The position numbers were made by a program, and so were the translations under genes. DNA of 40,105 nucleotides, from positions 1-40,105 of the forward strand of contig NIVC01004635.1 in assembly GCA_002269645.1 (NCBI GenBank), given 5' to 3'. Within the stretch, counting starts at the first letter, position 1. Each line of letters starts with the position of its first letter. The stretch is from Macrostomum lignano (Eukaryota). This document shows positions 1-12,033 of the stretch, piece after piece. The notes below the pieces were generated by a model, which saw nothing but the letters and a program-made list of their open reading frames with translations, was not told the origin of the DNA and made no database searches.

Positions 1-187
1 TCCCACACTGACGGCCAGCACCCCCCACCGTGAGCATCATCCCACACTGAGGGCCCAGCCCCCCCCCCCCACCGTGAGCATTCATCCGCACTGAGGGCCC
101 AGCCCCCCCACCGTGAGCATCATCCCACACTGACGGCCAGCACCCCCCCACCGTGAGCATCATCCCGCACTGAGGGCCCAGCCCCCC
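1..187. repeat. ~40-bp minisatellite (CCCACACTGA(C/G)GGCCCAGC-C-run-ACCGTGAGCATCAT), cut by the window edge
   Basis: About 4.5 imperfect copies visible directly. Confidence 0.85.
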
Positions 188-1569
188 GCTGTCTCAAAAT
201 TTCGAAACTGGCGCAAATGCGATATGATATGATGAAAATTCGTCAAACGTTAGCTTTGCCATCAGAATTGTATATATAGTTGTTTACTATAATCCTTAAT
301 ACAGATTATTTATATTATAGTTGTCGGAGTGGACTTTTTTAGTGCGTTTTTCCAGCGCTTCAGTTTGTACTTGCTGTCGCTGTTGTCACCAACAATGACC
401 TTTTTTGTCCTTGTCTCTTGGCTCTAGTGCATCAAGTTTCAACGATTAATTAATGACCTGAAATTTGAAATTTAGTCAATTAAGTCTGCACTACTACTGA
501 TAGGCCTACTTATATGAGTAGTACAATATGACTCTTAAAATTTTTGAGTATTACAAATTTCCCAATTGCCCGTTCATTTTACATGAGTCCCATGCCGCTA
601 ACTCAGTGCTGCCCCAGTCTGTATGTTTTTTTCTATTGTTGATAACTGACTTTTTAAAGGCTTTTTGGTTGTGCCCCAACCCAGAATCCGCCACTTCTGA
701 CTTTGAATCATTGCGTCATTTCAGCCACTGCGTCATCTTTATGGCTCAGCGTTTAAATTATTTAATTTCTAATTGTACTTTTATATCAGAGATTTAAGCC
801 TCGTCATTTGCCCCCGCCAGTGCTCCATTTATTTATTTGTAGCCCCTGAGTTTAGTTTCACACACAGACTGTCTGCCCAGTTGCATCATGATTGACAGTA
901 CATTGTGAACTATATATGAATGAGTATATGTCAATTTGTAATCCTAATAAGTTTGTTTTACATGTTACTAGCAAACTATTATTATTTCTATATCCATCAT
1001 ATTTTACAGTGAACTGAACTCGGTCCCGCATGTATTTAAAGCTTACAAATTTGCAAACCGTTCTTGCGATTGTATTATATTATATTAAATATTATATATT
1101 ATATTATAAACTAATTATGGGTCTCTGCTGACTAAACGGTAAATACTGTTTTTCATGTCCAACCTTGCTGCTTCATTTTTATGTGATTGCGGACTCGAAC
1201 ACCGGAGGGAGTTTATTATAAAGCGGCAATCGACATTATTCAATTATTATTAGGTAGGTGTATTTCTGCGATTATGTAACAACGGCAATATTCTGCAGCA
1301 GTGCAACAGTCACGCTCGAGATGCACTTGGTCAAAACCTTCGCGAACTGCTTTTAGCAGCAGAGAAACTCTGCATTGCATGTCCATATCTTTGTGATTGC
1401 GAATTGAGCAAGGGGTCACACAGTCACAGTTGATTTGAAGTTTACAATTAGCCGTCCGTTAGGGCTCTTCGTGGCCATAACAGGTGCATGTTCGCGGAGA
1501 CACTCAGTGGTGTTCGCACAACACCCGATAAAGTCTGAGTTCGAGTCATCCTACTCTCGATGCTCCAAA

Positions 1570-1707
1570 TCACTCCGACTCGTTAAACGCGTCCTCCATC
1601 TCCTGCAGCACGTAGCAGATGGTCTTGGCGTAGATCTGGGCGATGCTGTCGTTGAACCGGTCGGCCAGGGTGATCCTCACCGCTTCCAGGAACGGCTGCT
1701 CCATGGC
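1570..1707 (-). CDS. Globin X-like gene, exon 3 (G and H helices, stop)
   Basis: CAG|GCC ATG GAG CAG acceptor at 1708/1707. Encodes AMEQPFLEAVRITLADRFNDSIAQIYAKTICYVLQEMEDAFNESE*, a globin G/H-helix pattern. Joins exon 2 in phase 0 (G7.0 intron). Confidence 0.88.
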   Translation of the reverse strand, partial: AMEQPFLEAVRITLADRFNDSIAQIYAKTICYVLQEMEDAFNESE

Positions 1708-2316
1708 CTGGGGAATTGGCGCAGTTGGGTTGCTTAGTGAAATCTCCTCTGCTAATTGTGTCAGTGCACTTTGGCTTGGGTCTCTGCTGAGGGTTCTGCG
1801 GATCACGTGTACTTCAATTCTGGAACAGATCAACAGACTTATCTAGAGTTGTACCCGCTGTACACAGCACAGAACCGTAAATTTTGTTTGCGAGGTTATT
1901 TAATTAGCAGGTGCGCAGCCCACGCCATCGGATTAAGGCTAATCCAAGGCTGAGTCCGAATGCTGATTGAAACACAATCTGGTACTGAGGGACGGGGCTC
2001 GGCAATTCATCTCTTAACCATCCCACTCATTAGCATCCTAGCTGGAGCATAAGCGGACAAGCAGGGCTTCTTAAACCCAGCTCAAGCCTGTTCGCTACAA
2101 AAAAGGCAATCTGGATTTCAATGGGTTTGCCAGCCTGCGCTCTCGTGAGCACAGATCCCCCTTGGTGGGGGGATTTTCAAGCGGGGAATTGATCCTAGTG
2201 ATGACCTGCCACCCTCCTTGTTCTTCCCGTTCGCTCCGCATAGATACTATTGAATTGGCTGCATTAGGCTTGCGCAGCCATGCTGTGTATGGTTCCACCT
2301 CCTCAAAAGTTTTTTA

Positions 2317-3566
2317 GTGAGGCTCTGTGGGTGTCAGTGAGGCTCTGTGGGTGTCAGTCAGGCTCTGTGGGTGTCAGTGAGGCTCTGTGGGTGTCAGTGA
2401 GGCTCTGTGGGTGTCAGTCAGGCTCTGTGGGTGTCAGTGAGGCTCTGTGGGTGTCAGTGAGGCTCTGTGGGTGTCAGTGAGGCTCTGTGGGTGCCAGTGA
2501 GGCTCTGTGGGTGCCAGTGAGGCTCTATGGGTGTCAGTGAGGCTCTGTGGGTGCCAGTGAGGCTCTGTGGGTGTCAGTGAGGCTCTGTGGGTGCCAGTGA
2601 GGCTCTGTGGTTGTCAGTGAGGCTCTGTGGGTGTCAGTGAGGCTCTGTGGGTGTCAGTGAGGCTCTGTGGGTGTCAGTGAGGCTCTGTGGGTGTCAGTGA
2701 GGCTCTGTGGGTGCCAGTGAGGCTCTGTGGGTGTCAGTGAGGCTCTGTGGGTGTCAGTGAGGCTCTGTGGGTGTCAGTGAGGCTCTGTGGGTGTCAGTGA
2801 GGCTCTGTGGGTGTCAGTGAGGCTCTGTGGGTGCCAGTGAGGCTCTGTGGGTGCCAGTGAGGCTCTGTGGTTGTCAGTGAGGCTCTGTGGGTGTCAGTGA
2901 GGCTCTGTGGGTGTCAGTGAGGCTCTGTGGGTGCCAGTGAAGCTCTGTGGGTGCCAGTGAGGCTCTGTGGGTGTCAGTGAGGCTCTGTGGGTGCCAGTGA
3001 AGCTCTGTGGGTGCCAGTGAGGCTCTGTGGGTGTCAGTGAGGCTCTGTGGGTGTCAGTGAGGCTCTGTGGGTGCCAGTGAAGCTCTGTGGGTGTCAGTGA
3101 GGCTCTGTGGGTGTCAGTGAGGCATTGTGGGTGCCAGTGAGGCTCTGTGGGTGTCAGTGAGGCATTGTGGGTGCCAGTGAGGCTCTGTGGGTGCCAGTGA
3201 GGCTCTGTGGGTGTCAGTGAGGCTCTGTGGGTGTCAGTGAGGCTCTATGGGTGTCAGTGAGGCTCTGTGGGTGTCAGTGAGGCTCTGTGGGTGTCAGTGA
3301 GACTCTGTGGGTGTCAGTGAGGCTCTGTTGATGTCAGTGAGGCTCTGTGGGTGTCAGTGAGGCTCTGTGGGTGTCAGTGAGGCTCTGTGGGTGCCAGTGA
3401 AGCTCTGTGGGTGCCAGTGAGGCTCTGTGGGTGTCAGTGAGGCTCTGTGGGTGTCAGTGAGGCTCTGTGGGTGTCAGTGAGGCTCTGTGGGTGCCAGTGA
3501 GGCTCTGTGGGTGTCAGTGAGGCTCTGTGGGTGCCAGTGAGGCTCTGTGGGTGTCAGTGAGGCTCT
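2317..3566. repeat. 20-bp tandem array GTGAGGCTCTGTGGGTG(T/C)CA, ~62 copies, in globin intron 2
   Basis: Direct inspection; the monomer is highly homogeneous. Confidence 0.97.
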
Positions 3567-3987
3567 ACATTTCGTGTTCAGCCCGTCAGAATTGCTTCTG
3601 CCTGTTCCGTTTTTAAGCCTCAGAAAAAAACAAATTCTCTGAAACGATCGAAAAAGCTCGCTTTTTAAAATCAAGCCTCACATTTTGATGAAGCATTCTA
3701 CGGTAAAGTACAAACCGATTGAGGCTGCTCTGCATCACTCAGACTCAGACTACGTTCAAAAAAATCTAAAAAATTCAAAATGTCGACCAGTTTGGAGGGT
3801 CGGTGCAGCATCCATCATCTACCAATGGTTTCGAAAACTCTTGGAAGTTTTTAGCCAGAATTGCCTGGGAAGGTTAGCGAATTCACTCAGCTACAATCTG
3901 AAGTGTTCTGTGAGCCTTTTTTGAAAGCTTCACGGTGGATGCGTTGGAGCCCTTCAGGGCAGGCATTCTTTTTACCTTTCCAGCGTT

Positions 3988-4237
3988 CTGAGCAGTGGTC
4001 TCCAATCCCTATTCAGTCTGAGCAGTGGTCTCCGATCCCTATTCAGTCTGAGCAGTGGTCTCCGATCCCCACACACCCTGAGCAGTGGTCTCCGATCCCC
4101 ATTCAGTCTGAGCAGTGGTCTCCGATCCCCACACACCCTGAGCAGTGGTCTCCGATCCCCATTCAGTCTGAGCAGTGGTCTCCGATCCCCATTCAGTCTG
4201 AGCAGTGGTCTCTGATCCCCATTCACCCTGAGCAGTG
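3988..4237. repeat. 30-bp minisatellite (CTGAGCAGTGGTCTCCGATCCCCATTCAGT), ~8 copies, abutting the globin exon 2 donor site
   Basis: Direct inspection. Confidence 0.95.
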
Positions 4238-4244
4238 ATCTCAC

Positions 4245-4476
4245 CCAGAAGAGTTTTCCGTAGAAGCCGGTGAATCTCCGGTGGGTCGCCGCGGCGCCGC
4301 CCAGCCTCTGTCGGATGAAGTCAGGGTTGTCGATGTTCACGATGGCCTCGTCCAAGATGCCCATTACGATCTGGCCGTGCAGCGCCAGGTCGCCGTTGTC
4401 CCGGATATTGTCCGACAGCTCCAGCTTGCTGAACTTCAGGAACATCGCCTGCAGGTCTTGGTTGCTCTTGAATAGA
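4245..4476 (-). CDS. Globin X-like gene, exon 2 (B12 to G6; CD1 Phe, distal His E7, proximal His F8)
   Basis: AG|T CTA TTC acceptor (4477/4476) and TGG|GTGAGA donor (4245/4244). Encodes LFKSNQDLQAMFLKF...LALHGQIVMGILDEAI...AAATHRRFTGFYGKLFW. Confidence 0.92.
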
Positions 4477-4512
4477 CTGGGGATGGGGGAGGTAAGAAGT
4501 TGGGTGGGTGCC

Positions 4513-4868
4513 AAACACCCATCTCGCTCCACCAACACCCATCTCACTCCACAAACACCCATCTCACTCCAAAAACACCCATCTCACTCCAAAAACACCC
4601 ATCTCACTCCACAAACACCCGCCTCACTCCACAAAAACCCGCCTCACTCCACATACACCCATCTCACTCCACAAACACCCATCTCACTCCACAAACACCC
4701 ATCTCACTCCACAAACACCCATCTCACTCCACAAACACCCATCTCACTCCAAAAACACCCATCTCACTCCACAAACACCCATCTCACTCCACAAACACCC
4801 ATCTCACTCCAAAAACACCCATCTCACTCCAAAAGCACCCATCTCACTCCACAAACACCCATCTCACT
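4513..4868. repeat. 20-bp minisatellite AAACACCCATCTCACTCCA(C/A), ~18 copies
   Basis: Direct inspection; lies just upstream (minus strand) of the globin exon 2 acceptor. Confidence 0.95.
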
Positions 4869-5025
4869 CACTAAGATGCTAAGATACTAAGAAAGAAAGA
4901 CATACAGACAGACAGACAGACAGACAGACACAAAGAAGTTATGAAATTTAAAGTACTTTGTGTGCTAATATGAATTCAATCTTTCTGTTTCGTTGATCAC
5001 AATACTCTGAACTTTGGCAGATATG

Positions 5026-5086
5026 ACAGTGTCTGTAATCTGGGATGCAACAGTGTCTGTAATCTGGGATGCAACAGTGTCTGTAA
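5026..5086. repeat. 24-bp tandem repeat ACAGTGTCTGTAATCTGGGATGCA, 2.5 copies
   Basis: Copies start at 5026, 5050 and 5074. Confidence 0.85.
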
Positions 5087-5844
5087 CCGAAAGTTGTAAC
5101 ACTGAATGATTTTTGACAAAGTTCACAGCCAATCACTGCTCTGTTTGCAGGTTCTTCCAAGGTGAATTTTGTTTTTCAACTGAAGATTTCGAACTGTCCA
5201 GTACAATCGTAGGCGGTTTTGAACGATATTTTGTTTTTAATTAGGCTGTCTCAGGATTCAGGTTCTTCCGCAGGAGGAGGATTAGCTGACAAGCTATCAA
5301 AGCAGACAGGTAACATTCAGACAGAACCCGATGCTGCACAGAGTTTCAAAGGCCATAATGCCCAGTAACTACGCGAGTGCCTGACTTGAGTTGGCGCTCT
5401 CTTCTCTCGCATCGCTGAGCTCGGTAAAACCGTGAAATGGCTGGCCAGCTGCGCTGTGCCCCGGAGTCTCCATTAGAGATCTGTTCAATTCATTATCGAC
5501 TTCTTTTTTCTACCCTGGTATTGCTATGGCAACAACATGTCGATGCCGACTGACACCTCCGCTGCTCTGTGCCTCTTCCCTTAATCCCCCCCCCCAGTTC
5601 CCCCCGTGCCAATAATGTCCCCACGGTTTTGCGGTAATGAGACACGAAGCAGTTGGCTGGGCTGGAGTTAATTGAGCTTGCTGCATTTTCAAAGAGCAGA
5701 GCAGACTCACTTGCCAGCAGATAGAAGAGCAGAGAAGAGACGAGCCCTGTGCACTTTTTAGAAAAATAATTGATGGTTCTGAAGTTTACCGACTTGGGGA
5801 TTTCAGGACTGTTTTTGTCTTCTTTTTTCTGTTATCTGTTTTCT

Positions 5845-6029
5845 GACTTTTTCAGGCCCGGGGATCTCTGCCAGCTCGCCTCCTACCTAAGGGCTACCGG
5901 GCGAGCGGCGATCATCCACCTCCTGGACTCTCCGGAGGGGACCGCGCTGCGGACACCGGCAACACCACCAGATCTCCCTGCGCGGCATCGCGCATGTCCG
6001 GAGACCCCTGCAGCCGAGTCAAGTCAAGT
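5845..6029 (+). mobile_element. Probable 3' remnant of a LINE
   Basis: GC-rich island encoding ...DLCQLASYLRATGR, resembling a LINE ORF2 C-terminus, and ending in a short (GTCAA)n tail in AT-rich surroundings. Confidence 0.4.
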
Positions 6030-7069
6030 GTAAAAAATGTAAAAAGCTTAGCTGTATAATTCTCCTTGTAAATCGGTAGCATAAGATTTTCATTGATCGA
6101 ATGAACATCCTAATGAGACGATTGAAACGCCTTGAATTGTCATTGATTTGGCCTCGATGGAAGAAAGACTTAACGCTACCCGAGGGATGACGTGGCTGGA
6201 CATTGAGTGCAAATGTGACATCGGAGAATGATGCTGCTAAATGTAAAATTCAGTTACTTTGTCAGCGGTAAAAACATTTGACACCTTTTGAGATTAATTT
6301 GAGATGGTCAAATATTAAAATGAACTTTCTCTTAATGGCAAACGCATCGCTCAATCGCTTTTAACGAAACTTACAATATCCAACAGTCAGTTTAAGCAAA
6401 TTCAACTGCATGTTAAACCAAGCCAAGTTCAAGCAGCACCGAAAGACTCGAGCAGAAACTTTTGCGAGAGCGCACTCGAAGTTCAAGTACTCTGCCACGT
6501 GATCAGGCCTTTTATTGAAAGGATCAGATGGGGTAAGACACTCACGAAAGACCTGATGTGGCAGGCCCTCTCTGCATCAGACACTCGCCACCACCGCCAT
6601 CCACTAGGGCTCGGCAAAGTCGAGATAGTGGGATCTACGAGTAATCCTGCCCAACCCCCCGAGAAGAGCAGCTGTGGGAGCGGATTCCGCTGCACTTAGA
6701 GAAATCCTCCGTCTGCTTTTGGGAACTTCCTCGAGAAAAGAAATTCGAGATGTTCAGTTTGATCCCGTGAATTTCGTTTCTGGGGCTTAACTGCTTGGGA
6801 CTTCTCTGTGTGACTTTCTGTCCATCCATGTACGACCAGATCTTCGAGAATCTACGAGCGTAGTATTAGTTTCAGGTGCCCAAATGTACTTAGTGGGGTA
6901 TTGATTAGCGCGTTGTTCAGCCCTTTGAGAGTGTAATTTAGATAAGAATTTATCACTCCCACACTCGAGTATCTCATGCTCAACTTCCCTAATCCTCGAC
7001 ATAGCCAACTATATTTTCCATTCGCTCCTCCTTGACTTTTTTCCCGTAACTTGACCCCTTGAGTCCTTT

Positions 7070-8273
7070 CCATTGTGTCTCAGTCTCTTGTGACTCAGTC
7101 CATTGTGTCTCAGTCTCTTGTGTCTCAGTTCATTGTGTCTCAGTCTCTTGTGTCTCAGTTCATTGTGTCTCAGTCTCTTGTGTCTCATTCCATTGTGTCT
7201 CAGTCCATTGTGTCTCAGTCTCTTGTGTCTCAGTCCATTGTGTCTCAGTCTCTTGTGTCTCAGTCTCTTGTGTCTCAGTCTCTTGTGTCTCAGTCCATTG
7301 TGTCTCAGTCTCTTGTGTCTCAGTTCATTGTGTCTCAGTCTCTTGTGTCTCAGTCCATTGTGTCTCAGTCTCTTGTGTCTCAGTCCATTGTGTCTCAGTC
7401 CATTGTGTCTGAGTCCATTGTGTCTGAGTCCATTGTGTCTCAGTCTCTTGTGTCTCAGTCTCTTGTGTCTCAGTCTCTTGTGTCTCAGTCCATTGTGTCT
7501 CAGTCTCTTGTGTCTCAGTTCATTGTGTCTCAGTCCATTGTGTCTCAGTCCATTGTGTCTCAGTCCCTTGTGTCTCAGTCCATTGTGTCTCAGTCCATTG
7601 TGTCTTAGTCCATTGTGTCTCAGTCCCTTGTGTCTCAGTCCATTGTGTCTCAGTACTTTGTGTCTCAGTTCATTGTGTCTCAGTCCATTGTGTCTCAGTC
7701 CATTGTGTCTCAGTACTTTGTGTCTCAGTCCATTGTGTCTCAGTACTTTGTGTCTCAGTCCCTTGTGTCTCAGTCTCTTGTGTCTCAGTCTCTTGTGTCT
7801 CAGTCCCTTGTGTCTCAGTACTTTGTGTCTCAGTCCATTGTGTCTCAGTCCATTGTGTCTCAGTCCATTGTGTCTCAGTACTTTGTGTCTCAGTCCATTG
7901 TGTCTCAGTCTCTTGTGTCTCAGTCCCTTGTGTCTCAGTACTTTGTGTCTCAGTCCCTTGTGTCTCAGTACTTTGTGTCTCAGTCCATTGTGTCTCAGTC
8001 CATTGTGTCTCAGTCCATTGTGTCTCAGTACTTTGTGTCTCAGTCCATTGTGTCTCAGTACTTTGTGTCTCAGTCCCTTGTGTCTCAGTACTTTGTGTCT
8101 CAGTCCCTTGTGTCTCAGTACTTTGTGTCTCAGTCCATTGTGTCTCAGTCCATTGTGTCTCAGTCCATTGTGTCTCAGTACTTTGTGTCTCAGTCCATTG
8201 TGTCTCAGTACTTTGTGTCTCAGTCCCTTGTGTCTCAGTACTTTGTGTCTCAGTCCCTTGTGTCTCAGTACTT
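7070..8273. repeat. 15-bp satellite CAGT(CCA/CTC/ACT/CCC/TCA)TTGTGTCT, left part
   Basis: About 80 monomers; ends exactly at the LINE 5' junction. Confidence 0.97.
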
Positions 8274-11200
8274 CAGTACCACGCCCTTGCAGCATCTAGC
8301 AACCTTTCAGGCACCTTTGCCAACAAGGAAGTTGACATCTACCTTATTCAGGAACCGTATACCCGCAAGGGGAAGCCGACCTGCCTGCCGCCAGGCTATC
8401 AGGTTCTGTACCTCTGCGCGAACGACACCCCCAGAGCTATCGCCCTCGTCAAAAACGACCTCCCGGCCACTATTATGCCAATGTTTTGCTCTAAAGACAT
8501 GTGTACTTTCTCAGTCTTTGACTTGACCTTCGTTTCCGCTTACCTGGACATTCAGGAGGACGTCCCTCCCCCCCTCCTGCAGGAGCTGGCGGACTTCTGT
8601 AATCTCCAGGATCGGAAGCTTATCGTTAGCTGCGATGCTAACGCCCACAACACTGCCTGGTCTAGTAGCGATACTAACAGGCGCGGTGACTTACTAATTG
8701 ATTTCATTAACTCCTCCTCGTTACACATTTGCAACAGAGGCAGCAAACCCACATTTATTGTCTCTAATCGGCGTGAGGTTATCGACCTCACTCTCGTCTC
8801 CAACAACGCCCTCAATCAGGTCCACAGCTGGCTGGTTAGGGATGACCTCCCATCGCTTTCCGACCACTCGTACATTCAGTACAGCATCAGCTCCGTCGGA
8901 GCCCGTCATGAGAACCGGGACCGCCTTAATTTGAAAAAGGCCGACTGGACAGGTTTTCGAAGAGACCTGCTAAAACTCCTGACCGAAGCCAACTTACCGG
9001 ACTCCAGCGAGGATCTCCCTGGCATTGAGCATCGGTGCAACTCCCTCGTTGAGATCCTAAACACCGCCATACGCGCTAACGCCCCTAAGCTGTTTTGCAG
9101 GAAGAAATACTCTCCTTGGTGGAGTCAAGAGCTCACTCGCATGAAGAAAAACACCCGCCGACTGCAACGCCTCGCAAACGGCTCGAATACCCCAGAGGAT
9201 TGGGAGAACTACCACTCTGCTCTGAGGATGTACAAAAGTGCTATCCGAAGGGCTAAGAAGACCACCTGGAAAGCCTACTGCGCCGGCCTGGAAGGGCAAC
9301 ACCCCACAGCCCGGCTGGTCAGGACTCTCAGGCACGACACGCTAGCTCAGTGTAACTCCCTTCTGCACCTGGATGGTAACTACACTACCAGTGCCGAAGG
9401 TTCGCTAAATCTTCTTTTCTCCACCTGCTTTCCGCAGGTTGACGAACCGGAGTACGTGGTCGATGACCACAGGCCTTGTGATCACAAGCTTTTCCAGCAG
9501 TGCGCCACCCCCAGCTACTCCAGCTGGCAGCAAATTCTTTTAAACCGTATAAATCGTCTGGCCCTGACAATATCGCCCCCTGTATCCTGCAGGAGGCGCT
9601 AAAGCTGCAAAACTTTGCTGATTCTTTCTCTAAATTGCTTGTTGACTGTTATACCACAGGTTACATTCCCACAATCTGGAGAATGTCCAGAGTCGTGTTC
9701 ATCCCGAAACCTGCTAAGGGTGACTACACCAACGTGAAATCCTTCCGGCCCATCAGCCTCACTTCCTTTTGTGTTAAGCTGATGGAGAGGCTCATCCTGT
9801 GGAGGCTTCGAGAGTGCGACCTGCGCTCCGACCCTGTCAGTAAGTACCAGTACGCCTTCCAGCCTGGGAGGACGACTGAGCATGCTCTCCACGCCATTAC
9901 CTCCAAAATTGAGAGTGCCATCCTTAGCAAACAACTCGCTTGCGGGTTGTTCGTTGACTTCGAAGGAGCATTTGACAATGTCCTCTTCCGCTCCTTCAGA
10001 AATTCTCTTTCCCGCAGGAATGTAAGACACAGCATTGTTCGCTGGATTTATTTTATGATCCGCAAAAGGTTTGTGACATCCACACTTATGGGCGTTACCC
10101 TCACCCGGGCGGTGATGAAAGGCGGCCCGCAAGGTGGCGTGCTAACTCCACTTCTCTGGAATCTCGTCATGGACGAACTTCTAACCGCTGACATTCCCAG
10201 CAGTATCACCAGGGCGGGCTACGCCGATGACGTTGCCGCGGTCGTCAGCGGACCCGACCCCGCCACTCTGCGCAACCTGATGCAGCAATTCGCCGACAAG
10301 GCGGCCGACTGGGCTACACAGCATGGCCTAAAAATCAGCGTCACTAAGACTGTCGCTGTCGTTTTCACCAAGCGCCGTAAGTGGGAGATGAAAAACCTCA
10401 CTGTCTATGGCAGAAACATCCCCTTCAAGAAGGAGGTCAAATACCTCGGTGTGACGCTAACGCATGACCTGCGCTGGACGAAGCACCTTGATAACGTCAT
10501 CGGTCGGGCAAAACGCTGCTTTGCCCAGCTGCGCAGAGCCATCGGGCCGACTTGGGGCCTCTCGCCTAGAACGGTCCGTTGGATTTATACCGGCATCATC
10601 CGGCCCAGTATCACATACGCGAGTCTCATCTGGACTAGCGTGCTGGAGCAGAAGGCCGCCCGTCAGCGGCTGTACCAGCTTCAGGGCAGCATTTGCCGTG
10701 CCATCACAGGTGCGTACCCGTCCACCCCTTACGAGGGGCTGAACACTATCCTTAACCTACCTCCGCTTCACCTATTTATTAGGGCGGAGGCTATGAAGTC
10801 TGCCTCCCGGCTTATCAGAGATAAAACGTTAAATAACGCGCCCTCTGGCTTTATGCCAATGAAAACATTAATCCCGCATATGGACTTTGTCCGCCGCGAC
10901 CTTAACAACATCCACATGGACCTGGGCAATGTGGATAGTCGACCTCCCGCCCTCAACATCAGGAGGGGCTTCAAGACCGCCATCCCTGGCCGAGACAACA
11001 TTCCGCTGGATGTCGGTGTGAACCGGCGCAGCCAGGGCATTCACTGCTTCACCGACGGCTCGCTGTTCAACGGCCGCGCTGGAGCGGGTATTGCCATTTT
11101 CCACGAGGGTAAGATGCTTCTCCAGGAAAGTCTGCACCTCGGTGAGAACACCTCAGTTTTCCAAGCTGAAATTTGCGCCATTGAGCAGTGTGCCCAGCAA

Positions 11201-11941
11201 CTGTTTCAGGCGAACATTAATAATTTTGACATTAATTTCTACACTGATAGCCAAGCTGCTATTAAGGCCTTAACCACTGAGAATATCTCCGCTGCTACAG
11301 TATCTCAATGCCACCGCAGTGTGCAATCTCTCTCAGTCCTTAACAGGATTAGAATTATCTGGACACCTGGTCACAGCAACATCCTGGGCAACGAGCTCGC
11401 GGACTCTCTCGCCAAGGAGGGCAGCAACCCAGACGGCAACCACCGTCTGATGAGGCTACCCACCCCCAGGTCGCAAGTCACCCGCCATATCAACAGGTGG
11501 CTCCATCAGCAGCACCAGCTCCACTGGAACAGCTGCACCGAGTACAGGCAGAGCCGCTCTGCCATGCCTAACCTGAACAGGAAAGTCTCTGATTATCTGA
11601 TTTCGCTTAACAGAACCGACCTCAGGGAGATGTGCATGGTCCTAACCGGCCACGGATTCTTCCAGAGACATATATCGTTGCAAACCGGTTGCCCTCCCAC
11701 CTGTCCCTTCTGTGGCATAGGAGAGGAGACCGCGGAGCATCACGTCACCTTCTGCCCTTACTTCAACAAGGCGCGGCACAAATACCTCGGCCACCCCCAG
11801 CGGATGGACGAGCTGACCACCGCGGACAATATCCGAGACCTCCGCGCCTTCGTCCGGGACTCCGGCCGGATGAGGGTCGCCGATGCCTCCACTGCGGACC
11901 TGCCGACTACTGGCGGGGACTGGGCGCACCCCCAAGGCTAA
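8274..11941 (+). pseudogene. LINE ORF2 (EN-RT-RNase H-zinc knuckle), 5'-truncated, one frameshift at the C5 run 9508-9512
   Basis: EN: CDANAH, LSDHSY. RT: [22 protein letters not shown]. RNase H: [29 protein letters not shown]. Zinc knuckle: CPFC...HHVTFC. One extra C joins ORFs 8475-9602 and 9500-11941. Confidence 0.9.
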
Positions 11942-12033
11942 TCCTTGTGCTCTTTTACCTTGGGGTTGCGATAGGGGCCTCGCGGCCTATTCGCGGCGCC
12001 TGCGCCCCCCGTCAGTAGTAAGTAAGTAGTAAG
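8274..12033 (+). mobile_element. 5'-truncated non-LTR retrotransposon (I-group, Loa/Lian- or R1-like: APE endonuclease, RT, RNase H, CCHC) inserted in the satellite
   Basis: Starts at the first APE motif ([12 protein letters not shown]...DIYLIQEPY). GC-rich 3' UTR with hairpin potential and an AGTAGTAAGTAAGTAGTAAG tail to 12033. The satellite resumes at 12034. Confidence 0.92.

Noticed and set aside
2317-3566. Regular short repeats as a possible CRISPR array
   Set aside because: They are head-to-tail monomers without unique spacers, no cas genes are present, and the context is eukaryotic.
6420-7070. Coding-like GC-balanced flanks of the satellite (also 16510-16750), possibly one ORF split by the array
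   Set aside because: No frame gave a recognisable domain or a convincing join; needs a homology search.
7428-8273. Satellite frame running open into the LINE endonuclease frame, as a possible fusion ORF
   Set aside because: No start codon, and an open frame is expected from a stop-poor monomer.
12014-12033. LINE tail AGTAGTAAG resembling the Maverick terminus TTAGTAGT
   Set aside because: Low-complexity trinucleotide coincidence with no mechanistic link.
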